Positions 9,072 to 18,400 of a stretch of DNA of 24,000 nt are shown here, in pieces. This DNA is from Blastocatellia bacterium (GTDB taxonomy: Bacteria > Acidobacteriota > Blastocatellia > UBA7656): the NCBI GenBank assembly GCA_035248905.1, contig DATFGX010000006.1:85696-109695 (forward strand), written 5' to 3'. Within the stretch, counting starts at the first letter, position 1, and each line of letters begins with the position of its first letter. The notes under the pieces are model-generated. The model was not told the origin of the DNA, searched no databases, and saw nothing but the letters and a program-made list of their open reading frames with translations. The position numbers were made by a program, and so were the translations under genes.

Positions 9072-9157
9072 CCGGAGAGCGCCGGCGCGCCAGCTCAAGC
9101 GGCCCGAATCGTTGCGGCGACACGAACGAATCACCACTTCCGTCTTCGTTATTCAGG

Positions 9158-11560
9158 ATGCTTATGAATTCATGTGGACGCACTTTGCTGAATCTGCTGG
9201 CACGACGAACGCTCGCGCTGCTGGTCTTGTTGCTTGCGCCCGCGGCGGCGCACGCGCAGTCGGGCGTGCTCATCCCGACCAACGCGCAGAAGCCGAACCC
9301 TGCGATCCTCTCGCTCGACGAGATGACCGTGGACGTGAAGATCGATAACCAGTTCGCGCGCGTCCGCGTCGTGCAGATCTTCGGCAGTCACACAGATGTC
9401 GTGCAGGAAGGCCAGTACGTCTTCCTCATCCCGACGACCGCATCGATTTCGGACTTCGCCGTCTGGGACGGCGACGTGCGCATTCCCGGCGTCATCCTCG
9501 AAAAGCGCCGCGCTGAAGAGATCTATCAAGACCTCGCCTTGCAATCGATCGATCCGGGCCTGCTCTCGCAAGAGCGCGAAGACAACTCCGACACCGCTTT
9601 CACTGTCAAGATCACGCCGATCCCTGCCTATGGCACCAAACGGCTCGAACTCGAATACACAGAGGCGCTGCCGGTAGACAATCTCGAATCGCACTTCTCG
9701 TTCCCCTTCAAGCCGAGCATGTATGGCACGCAGACGGTCAATCATTTGTCGCTCAGATTACAGATCGCCAGCAAGTTTGCGATGAGCGACCTCAACCTGC
9801 GCAGCAAACTCTACGCGCTCAACTTCATCGACAACCGGCCCGAATTCAAGTCGGCGTCGTTTGAAGGCAACGACCTTCAACTGACCGAAGACTTCTCGTT
9901 CAGCTACAGCTTAAACGTGCCGCACACGGCGTTCGAGTTTCTCGCCTACCGCGCCCCGGAACGCATCACCGCAGACGAGCTGCGCGACCCGCGGCTGGCC
10001 GAGCGCGAGCCGGACGGTTACTTCGAAGCCGGCGTCGTCTTCAACGAAGCGGGCCGCGCCCCCGGCGAAGTCGCTGCGCCCGACCCGCGCTCGGTGCTGG
10101 TGATGCTCGACACGTCGCTGTCGATGCAGTGGGAAAAACTCGACCGCGCCTACGAAGCGACTGAAGCGCTGCTGCGTTCGCTGACGCCACAGGATTCGTT
10201 CAACCTGATGTTGTTCAACGACGACGTGACGGCTTTGAGCGACAAGCCCGTGGACGCGCGAGCCGATCAGATTGAGCGCGCGCTGTCATTCATCAAGACG
10301 AGTTACCTGTCAGGCGGCACAGACCTGGGCGCGGCGCTCGAACGCGCCACGCAATTGTCGAAAGCGATGCCGGCGAAAAAAGAGCGCGCCATCGTGATGA
10401 TCACCGATGGTAACTCGTCGCTGGGGACGACGCGGCTCAAGGCGCTCACCGAACGTTTTCAGAAAGCCAACGACGCAGGGCCGCGCGCCCGCCTGTACGT
10501 CTTCGGCATCGGCTCGGACACCAACCTGCGTTTGCTCGGCGAGCTGGCGCGGGCGTCACGCGGCTACTTCGACTGGTCGCGCGAGACCGACGACCTGGAG
10601 TTCAAGCTCAAAGGCTTCCTGAGCAAGATAGGCCGCGCGCCGATTGATACGTTGAAGCTTGCGAACGCCGACGCCGCGAACTTTTATCAAGTCTATCCCG
10701 ATTATGAGGCGACTGCGTATGACGGTACGCGTTTGTCATTCGTCGGTCGCTACAAGCGGCCCGGCACGGCGCAACTTTCCGTGACCGGCAACAGTGAAGG
10801 CAAGCCTGTGCGGCTCAATCAACAGGTCGAGCTGCCGGAGCGCGACGACACGCACGAGCACGTGCCGCGGCTGTGGGCGCGGGCGCGCGTCGACGCGCTG
10901 CTCAGACAGATCGCGCTGAACGGCGAAACGAAAGAGGCGATTGACGAGATCATCGCGCTCTCGAAGAAGTACAAGTTTGTCACGCCCTACACGTCATTCC
11001 TGGCGGCGCCGCGCTCGCTGCTCAGGCCCCGCGTGATTCGTCCCGGCGACCCTGTGCTCAGAGTCCGCGCCGACCAATCCATCACCGAAGTGACGGCGGT
11101 CTTTCCGTTCGGCTTGACCAAGCGATTGACTTATCTGAAGGGCGAAGACGTGTGGGAGACGCGCTTTGTCGCGCCGCACGAGATGAGCGACGGCGTTTAT
11201 CATTGCCGCTTGTTGTTGGTGGACGACAAAGGCCGCGCCTATCAAGAAGACAAGAGCTTTGTAATCGACAGCCGCCCGCCGCGCCTTGAGCCGAAGCTGA
11301 ATCAGGCCATCGCGCATGCGGGTGAAGCGGTGACGATCACCGTGCGCGCCGACATCGACACGCGGGTGATTGCCGCACGTGTGCTGGGCGCGCTGCCTGT
11401 GCCGATTGTCTGGGACGCGAAGGCGAAGGCGAACGTCGGCCACCTGCGCATCCCCGCGGGCCTGCCGTCGGGCACCTACACGATTCAAGTCACCGCCGAA
11501 GACTTCGCGCACAACTCGACGGTCACCGAGTTAAACATCGAAGTGATCGGCGGCAGTTGA
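9158..11560 (+). CDS. Secreted VIT domain + von Willebrand factor A (vWA) domain protein with C-terminal Ig-like region
   Basis: The true start is most likely ATG 9158, or 9164, giving 800 aa. The signal peptide is LALLVLLLAPAAAHA/QS. The VIT-like region is LDEMTVDVKIDNQFARVRVVQIFGSH...YVFLIPTTASISDFAVWDGDVRIPGVILEKRRAEEIYQ. The vWA domain has an intact MIDAS motif: DTSLS, GGTD and ITDG. The upstream 70 codons of the ORF-track call overlap the previous gene and are Arg-rich junk. Confidence 0.9.
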   Translation: MLMNSCGRTLLNLLARRTLALLVLLLAPAAAHAQSGVLIPTNAQKPNPAILSLDEMTVDVKIDNQFARVRVVQIFGSHTDVVQEGQYVFLIPTTASISDFAVWDGDVRIPGVILEKRRAEEIYQDLALQSIDPGLLSQEREDNSDTAFTVKITPIPAYGTKRLELEYTEALPVDNLESHFSFPFKPSMYGTQTVNHLSLRLQIASKFAMSDLNLRSKLYALNFIDNRPEFKSASFEGNDLQLTEDFSFSYSLNVPHTAFEFLAYRAPERITADELRDPRLAEREPDGYFEAGVVFNEAGRAPGEVAAPDPRSVLVMLDTSLSMQWEKLDRAYEATEALLRSLTPQDSFNLMLFNDDVTALSDKPVDARADQIERALSFIKTSYLSGGTDLGAALERATQLSKAMPAKKERAIVMITDGNSSLGTTRLKALTERFQKANDAGPRARLYVFGIGSDTNLRLLGELARASRGYFDWSRETDDLEFKLKGFLSKIGRAPIDTLKLANADAANFYQVYPDYEATAYDGTRLSFVGRYKRPGTAQLSVTGNSEGKPVRLNQQVELPERDDTHEHVPRLWARARVDALLRQIALNGETKEAIDEIIALSKKYKFVTPYTSFLAAPRSLLRPRVIRPGDPVLRVRADQSITEVTAVFPFGLTKRLTYLKGEDVWETRFVAPHEMSDGVYHCRLLLVDDKGRAYQEDKSFVIDSRPPRLEPKLNQAIAHAGEAVTITVRADIDTRVIAARVLGALPVPIVWDAKAKANVGHLRIPAGLPSGTYTIQVTAEDFAHNSTVTELNIEVIGGS

Positions 11561-11579
11561 GGATTGAACGATTGCTGGC

Positions 11580-11620
11580 AATTGATTCATCGAGCTTCCT
11601 GTTCAACCGATGAATCAATT
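11580..11620. repeat. AT-rich perfect 13-bp inverted repeat (hairpin) 20 nt after the VIT-vWA stop
   Basis: AATTGATTCATCG (11580-11592) and CGATGAATCAATT (11608-11620) are separated by a 15-nt loop. The element may be a terminator or the boundary of the adjacent cassette. Confidence 0.6.
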
Positions 11621-11650
11621 AGAGCAATGTCTACGAGAGCAATGTCTACG
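11621..11650 (+). repeat. Perfect 15-bp tandem duplication
   Basis: AGAGCAATGTCTACG occurs at 11621-11635 and is repeated exactly at 11636-11650. Confidence 0.9.
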
Positions 11651-11657
11651 TTCGGTA

Positions 11658-11717
11658 GCCCGCTTCAGCGGGCTTGCCCGCAGGGCAAATAGGCCAGCCG
11701 TTTTAAGGCTGGTTCAC
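11658..11717 (+). repeat. Left REP-like module with three consecutive hairpins
   Basis: The three hairpins are GCCCGC-TTCA-GCGGGC, TTGCCC-GCA-GGGCAA and CCAGCC-GTTTTAA-GGCTGG. The module is the inverted copy of 12269-12327. Confidence 0.85.
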
Positions 11718-11786
11718 AGCGACAGATAAACCCATAGCCCGTTTTAACGAGCTTCTCACAAAGGGCTTTAGCCGGGGGGGCAGACG

Positions 11787-12251
11787 ATGCCACGCAATGT
11801 CTATTCGGAAATCAACCTCCACGTTGTGTGGCACACGAAGAACAACACGCCCGTCCTGACCGATCACATTGAAGCGCGCATGCAACAGCATCTTCAGCAT
11901 CACGTCATACAAACGGAAGGCTGCATTTTTCATGGCATCGGCGGCACGGACGATCACGTTCATCTTGTCGCCAGCGTGCCGCCGACGTTGCTCATCAGTG
12001 AATGGATAGGCCGGCTGAAGGGCGCAAGCGCGCATTACATAAACAACGAAATTGCGAACCGCAAGCTGCTCGAATGGCAAACCGGTTACGGAGTTGTGAG
12101 CTTTGGAACGCGAGATTTGCCCTGGGTGCTGAATTATGTTCGCGACCAGCGGCAGCATCATGCGGGCGGCACGACATACGAACGGTTGGAACGTGTTGAG
12201 CGCGAGGCGGTGGCTGAAGCCGAATCGGGTAAGCACGCTAAAGCGCGCTAA
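11787..12251 (+). CDS. IS200/IS605-family HUH / Y1 single-strand DNA transposase, REP-associated (RAYT-like) by context
   Basis: A 154-aa ORF. The N-terminal strand is INLHVVWHTKNNTPVL. The HUH motif is DDHVHLV. The C-terminal catalytic-Tyr helix is LNYVRDQRQHH (Y-x3-Q type). No TnpB-like second ORF is present. The gene is flanked by inverted REP-like hairpins. Confidence 0.85.
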   Translation: MPRNVYSEINLHVVWHTKNNTPVLTDHIEARMQQHLQHHVIQTEGCIFHGIGGTDDHVHLVASVPPTLLISEWIGRLKGASAHYINNEIANRKLLEWQTGYGVVSFGTRDLPWVLNYVRDQRQHHAGGTTYERLERVEREAVAEAESGKHAKAR

Positions 12252-12268
12252 AGAATTTTGCGGGGGCA

Positions 12269-12327
12269 GTGAACCAGCCCTAAAAGGGCTGGCCTATTTG
12301 CCCTTCGGGTTGCCCGCTGAAGCGGGC
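12269..12327 (-). repeat. Right REP-like module (inverted copy of 11658-11717)
   Basis: The sequence is GTGAACCAGCCCTAAAAGGGCTGGCCTATTTGCCCTTCGGGTTGCCCGCTGAAGCGGGC. The outer and inner hairpins are retained and the middle hairpin is partly degenerate. Confidence 0.85.
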
Positions 12328-12363
12328 AGATGAGGATTTGAGGACGTGACGCCAAAGCTATGA

Positions 12364-12384
12364 GTAGGGCCCGCTTCAGCGGGC
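12364..12384 (+). repeat. Solo GTAG-headed REP copy
   Basis: GTAG-GG-CCCGC-TTCA-GCGGG. It has the same hairpin and loop orientation as the copy at 11659-11674, and it is inverted relative to the copy at 12312-12327, which lies 41 nt away. Confidence 0.75.
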
Positions 12385-12480
12385 AGAGTTGGTTTGTGAT
12401 CCCGTTGAACCGGGCGGAATTGAGTCGCGAACATCTAGCTTCAGGCAAACGATAGCTTGAGGGCAGACGGACAGGTTGAT

Positions 12481-15400
12481 ATGCGCAAACGAATCTTTTC
12501 GGCAGTCGTGATTGTGCTCTGTGTGGCGTCGGTTACTGTCGCAACCCTGGTTGCGCAGCGGGCGGCGCAGCGGGCGAAAACTACTACGCCGTCAGCCGCG
12601 GGCGGGCAGACCGCGAAAGGCAAGACGCCGGCGAATCGCAATGCCGCCGTGACGCCTACGCCTTTGCGCCAGGCGGACCCGAATCGCGCGCCGCAGGCGG
12701 CGGTTGACGAAGCGCTCTACACCCGTGAAGAGTTCTTCGGCACGCAAGCGTCGGTCGCTCGGCCTTACGCCGTCGCGCTTGAGCGCGTCGGCGGCTTGCT
12801 CACGCAGTACCCGAAAGATGCGCGACTGCACCTGCACGCGGCACGGCTCTCTGAACGGCTCGGTCAGTTCGATAAAGCCGCGACCGAGATGGCGCAGTAC
12901 GCCGACCTCCGCCGGCGCTCGCCCGATGCCTTGCGCCGGCTCGCGGTCTTCTATCACAACCGCGCACGCTTTGCCGACGAAGTCAAAACACTCGCCGAGC
13001 TGGCACGGGCGTTGCCGGTCACCGATCGCGCGCCCATCTACAAACAGGCCGCCGGCCTCGTGCGCTCGTATTCGCTCAAAGAGTACAAGCCCGCGGATTT
13101 CTTCGCCGAACTCGTCGCCGCCGACCCGTCGAATATTCAGCCGGTCAAAGACTACGTTGAAGAGTTAGAGCTTGCCGAAGATCACAAAGCCGCGCTCGAC
13201 GTGCTGACGACCTTTCAGCCGAAGTTCTCCGGCCAGCTTGCTTACTTCTTAAAGACCCGCGCGGCGATCCTCGAAGCGCAGGGCGACCGCCGCGCCGCCG
13301 AACAGATTTATGACGCGGCCTTCGACCCGACGTGGCCGCGCGCCATCAGCGGCGATTATTACGAATTGCTGCGGCGCTTCGGTCGCTATCGCACGGTGCG
13401 CCGCGCGCTGCAAGAGCGTGCGCGCACCGCAAGCGACCTCAACACCGTCGCGCGATTGTTCAGCATCTATTCTTACGAAGGGAACTTTGAGCCGGCTTCG
13501 CGTCTGCTGCGCGACCTGGAAGCGCGCCGCACCGGGGTCACTGCTTCGTGGACTGGCCGTGAGCTTGAAACGGTCGCGGCGTTATTTGCTTCGGTTGGCG
13601 ACTTCGACCAAGCGTCGCGCTATCTCTACACGCTCTATCTCACGGGCGGCTTGCAAGCCGGCAGCGCGTCACGCGAAGAAGCTCTGCACCGTCTCTTCCG
13701 CGTGATGCTCGACGCCGCCGGCACGCCGACGCGCGTCGCCGCTGGCGACCTGTCGCTCTACAAAGATGTGGCGCAGGTGGACGCGCATCCCGGCTTTATG
13801 AATGGCGTGCTGTCGCTGATCCTTTCCGGCACAGACCCGGCCAGCGAGTTCGCGACGCAAGAAAAAGCCGCCGCCAGTTACTTCAACCGCGCCTTCGCCT
13901 ATCGCATCTTCACGGCGTTCAAACAGGAGTACGCGCAGTCGCAGTACCTTGCGGACATGTACCTCGGCGTCACCGAAGTCTTCGCGGGGCTTGGCGAACA
14001 CCGGCTGGCGATTGCGGCGGGCCGCGAATTTCAACAGCTCTATCCGAACTCGCCGCGCTACAGTGAAGTGTCGCTGCGCATCGCCGACGCCTACGTGGCA
14101 CTGAAAGACCGCGCCAGCGAGCGCGCCGTCCTGGACGGCTTGCTTGATCGCCTGGCGCGCTCGCGGCCTAAAGGTCAACCGCTGATCGCTTCATCATCGA
14201 AGCGCTGGACGTATGGCATCTCGCCGGTCTTCGACAAACTCGTAGACCGCATCCGCTACAACATCGAAGCCTACAGCGACACCTACGACCCGACCGAAGA
14301 CAGCTCGGCGACCAACTCGAATGACAACGACAGCGACGTGGATTCGGACGAGCCGACGAGCTTCGGTAATGAAAATGACAAACGCGGGCCGACCTACAGC
14401 AGCGTGCTTGAGCGCTACGTTGCCAGCTTGGCCGCCGACGACAAGAAGACGGAAACCGTCGCATTCTTCTGGAACGAAATCCGCAAGCATCCGGGCGAAG
14501 AAGGACTCTACGAGCGATTCCTGCGCTGGCTCGGCTCGGCTGAGCTGGTCAACGAGCAGTTGAAGGCGTACAACACGGCGATCCGCCAGTTTGATTCCAA
14601 CACCTGGTATCACCGGCTGGCGCGCTGGTACGTGCGCCAGAAGCGCGGCAGGGAATTGCAGCGCTACTCGCGGCAGCTCATCAGCATCTTCGACGAAGAA
14701 GACATCACCGAATTTCTGCTGCGCTTCGCCGGTTACGGCGCGACGGCGGCGGGCGATTCGCTGAACTGGGATCAAAAGCTGGCGTTCGACCTTTACAGCT
14801 ACGCACACCAGCGCTTTCCGCAGAATCTCTACTTCGTGCGCGGCATGCTGACCTACCTGGCGAACAACAAAGATTTCGTGCAGTGGGCGCAGCTCTCGGC
14901 GCAGTATTACTTCGCCGACCGCTCGATTCGTGAGCCGTTCCTCGCCTACCTGTCGGGCAGCAATGAACTGCGCAACCGCTACGCGACGGCCAAGAGCAAA
15001 GGCGCGACGGCGACGAATCAACCGGCGACCGAGCCGCCGAACACTTACCGCATCTTCGCGGCGGACGCGGCGCTGTGGCTGTCGCACCACGACGAAGCGA
15101 TTGACGCGTACCGTCAACTGGCGGTGCTTTATCCAGGCGAGGCGCAGTACGCAGACCGCCTGGCCGACCTGACCCGCTCGTTCGGCCAGCGCTCCGACAA
15201 GCTCTACGAAGAGTCGGCGCAGGTGCTGGCGCACATGGCTGACCTTTATCCGTCGAACCATTCGTATCGCATCAAGGCCGGCGAAGTCTACGCAGAGCTG
15301 GGCGACTTCAAGCGCGCTGGCGCGGAGTGGAACAAGCTGACGGCGTTGGAGCCGGGCGAGCGCAACACCTATCTGGAAGTCGCAACGGTCTTCTGGGATT

Positions 15401-18400
15401 ACTACCAGTTCGACGAAGCTATTCGCATCTTCAAAGAGCTGCGCCAGCAGACCGGCGACCCGACGATCTATGCGTATCGCATGGGCGCCGTCTATGAAGG
15501 CAAAGGCGACATTGACGCGGCGATTGCCGAGTACGTCAAAGTCTTGCCCGAACCCGGTGACGGTCGCGACACCGTAGCCAAACGCCTGGCGCAGCTTTCC
15601 CGGCGCACAGGACTCGCCGACAAGATCGCTGCGGCTTACAATCAGGCGCGCGTGGCTAAGCCAGACGATTGGCAGTTGGTGATCGGTTACGCGCTCTACA
15701 ACGCCGAGCGCGAGCATCAGGCCGAAGCGCTCGCAGGCTTGCGCACAGAAGTGTCGCGCTCGACGAACGTCGAGTTTCTCGAATCGGTGCGCGACCTCTT
15801 CCAATATATTCTGCGGCCCGAAGACGAGCAGCAGGTCATCACACGCCTGACGCAAGTGGCGCGCGACGAGCGCGAGGCGATGACTTATCGGCTGCAACTC
15901 GCGGCCTTCCTCGAACGCCACAATCAAGTGGACGAGGCGATCAAGAACATCGATAAGCTGGTCGCTGACTACCCGACCAACGTCGGCGTCGTCGAAGAGT
16001 CTGCACAGTTCTACTGGCGTGCAGGCTTGCTCGACCGCGCGCTCGATCTCTACAAGCGGACGCTGGCGCGGGCGCAGGGGCCGAACCGCCGCCTGCTGAC
16101 GTTGCAGTACGCGCGCCGGCTGAGCGAAGCCAACAAGCTCGCGGATGCCGAAGCGACGTTGCGTGCGTTCTACAACGAGAACCGCAGCGACACCGAAGTC
16201 TTTTCAGAACTGGCGCGCACGCTCGGCGCGGAAAACAAGATGAACGACCTGGCGACGCTCTACCAGGACGCCTTCAAGGATGTGAAAGATTCGGGCCTCA
16301 CGGGCGACGACGCCAAAGCGCAGGTCGCCGAGTTGCGCCTTGGCTTGATCCGCACCTACACGGCGCTGAACAAATTCGCCGAAGCCGTAGACCAGCACAT
16401 CGAGATCATCAACCTCTTCCCCGAAGACGCCGAGCGGCTGGCGACGGCTTACGAATACGCCGAAGCGCACAACCTGCTCGACCGATTGACGGCTTACTAC
16501 GAGAAGCTGACGAAAGATTCGTACAAGAATTATCGCTGGCAACTGGTGCTGGGCCGCATCTACGAGCGGCGCGGCAATCTGGCGGGCGCGACTGAACAGT
16601 TCCGTAACGCCGTCACCAACGAGCCGGAGCGCGCAGACTTCCGTCTGACGCTGGCGAACCTGCTGACGCGGCAGCGGCGCTACGACGACGCCATCGCCGT
16701 CCTGCGCGAAGGCTGGCGGCTGGCGGGCCGCGATCCTTCGTGGCTCACCGAAGTGGCGCGCATACAGGTGCTCCAGGGCAAGCGCGAAGAGGCCGTGCAG
16801 ACCTTGCGGCAGGCGCTCGCTTCGAAGAAAGAGACGAAGGTTACAGATCAAATTGCGGTCGCGCAGCGGCTCGCTTCGTGGGGCCTGTACGCCGAAGCCG
16901 TGCGCATCTACGAGACGGCGCTCGCCGCTTATCCGAAGGTGATGAAAGACGAATACCTCGGCGGCGACGCGATCAGCGGCTACGTCCAGGCGCTAGTGCG
17001 CACGCAGCCGGTGGCGCAGGTTTATCAGAAGCTCGAACGCATGCGCGCGCAGTACGCGGCGATTGGCGACAACTCGTCGGACACCGACGGCTATCGCGCC
17101 AAGAACGTCGTGCAATATCTCGATAGCTCATTGCGTGCGGAGTTCGCGCGTGGCGTGATCGATTACGCAGGCTCGCAGGACGCCGCCGCGGTCGCGCAGG
17201 CGATTGTCAATGCGACGGCGAAGATGACGGCTTACACGGACGCCGATGCGTTGCGACGTTATCTCGGCATCGCGCGCGCCGCCAATCTGGTTGACGTGGA
17301 AGAGAAGCTACAGACGCGCTTGAAGGATGCGGCTTACGCCGCACGCCCGAAGAACGCGCCGCAGCCGACGCGCGAGGACACCAGTTTTTACAATGAGCTG
17401 CGCGCGCTCGTCGCTTTCTATGACCGTCACGCGGCGTACGCCAAAGCCGCCGAAGTGCTGAGCGCCGAAGCGAAGCGCGATCCGTACAAAGACCGCTTCG
17501 ATTATCAAAACCAGATCGCCACGCAGTACCGGCTGGCGGGCGACACGCCGCACGAGATGGAATCGTTGCGCGTCGCTTACCAGAGCGTCAGCGGCGCGGA
17601 AGTGACGACCAACGCCGATTGGGTCGAGCGCTACCTGAACTTGCTCTACGCCGCGAACCAGCGCGACGAGCTGGAGCGCATCGCGGCCACCAACAATCCT
17701 TATCAACTGCAAGTCATCAACTTCTTCATCGAGAAGAATGACAAGGCACTCGCCCGTCGCGCCATCAACAGTGCGACACACTCCACCGCATGGAAGGCTT
17801 CGCGCAGCGGCGAAGTCGGACTGTTTGCGCGCGACACGTCGGCGGAGACCGAAGGCTTCTTCAAGAGCGCCCTCGACATCAAGACCATCGGCAACATGCT
17901 CAACCGTAAGGTGGATGGCGATACGACGCTGCTCGGCGACGACTGGTTCGTGGCGGCGCGTAATTATGGTTACTGGCTCGGATTGACGCCGCAGCGCAGC
18001 AAAGAGAGCCTCGACTTTATCGCCGGCGAGATCGAAGGCCACCCGTCGAGCGAGAAGGCGCAGCTTGAGCTTGCGGCCTACTACCTCGACCACAAAGACC
18101 TGACGCGCGCGGCGGCGCACACAGAGCTTGCCGCAGAGCTTGCGCCGGCGAGCACCGACGTCATCATCACGCGCGGCTTGATCGCGATGGCGCGCGGCGA
18201 CCGCAAGGCCGCCGTCGAGCAGTGGAATCGCTTGCTGAGCGGGCGCGTGTCGGTCGCCGACGCGCAGACCTACTTGAAGCTGATGGCCGATAACAACATG
18301 CTGCGCGAGGCGCTGCCGCCGCTCGAAAACTTCATCGTCAGCTTCGTCAACTACGCGACGCGGCGCAAGAATAGCGACGGCGACACGAGCGGCCTCGACC

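Larger units (their letters stand above)
11655..12327 (+). mobile_element. RAYT-like cassette: an IS200/IS605-family Y1 transposase gene bracketed by inverted multi-hairpin REP-like modules
   Basis: Modules at 11658-11717 and 12269-12327 are reverse complements of each other, with about 5 mismatches and 1 indel over 60 nt. The left module is preceded by GTAG (11655-11658). The interior is visibly less GC-rich than its neighbours: 63 G+C in the first 120 nt of the CDS by hand count. Confidence 0.75.

Noticed and set aside
7692-9137. A 481-aa minus-strand ORF. Other long antisense ORFs behave the same way: 927-1670, 4953-5576, 9170-9745, 14194-15927, 16204-16851, 17308-18516, 18520-19257, 20983-21564 and 23429-23995.
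   Set aside because: All lie antisense to strongly supported genes with recognisable domains. Their products are Arg/Ala/Gly-rich with no motifs. Stop-free antisense frames are expected in GC-rich coding DNA.
8948-9157. A 70-codon N-terminal extension of the VIT-vWA ORF as listed in the ORF track.
   Set aside because: It overlaps the 3' end of the propeller gene and encodes an Arg-rich non-protein-like sequence. A canonical signal peptide begins at ATG 9158.
11621-11650. The possibility that the 15-bp repeats or REP hairpins form a CRISPR array.
   Set aside because: There are only two abutting copies with no spacers. The REP copies are irregularly spaced and inverted, and no cas genes are present.
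11703-12236. A 177-aa minus-strand ORF inside the transposase cassette.
   Set aside because: It is antisense to the IS200-family gene, which carries the HUH and catalytic-Tyr motifs. The antisense product has no recognisable features.
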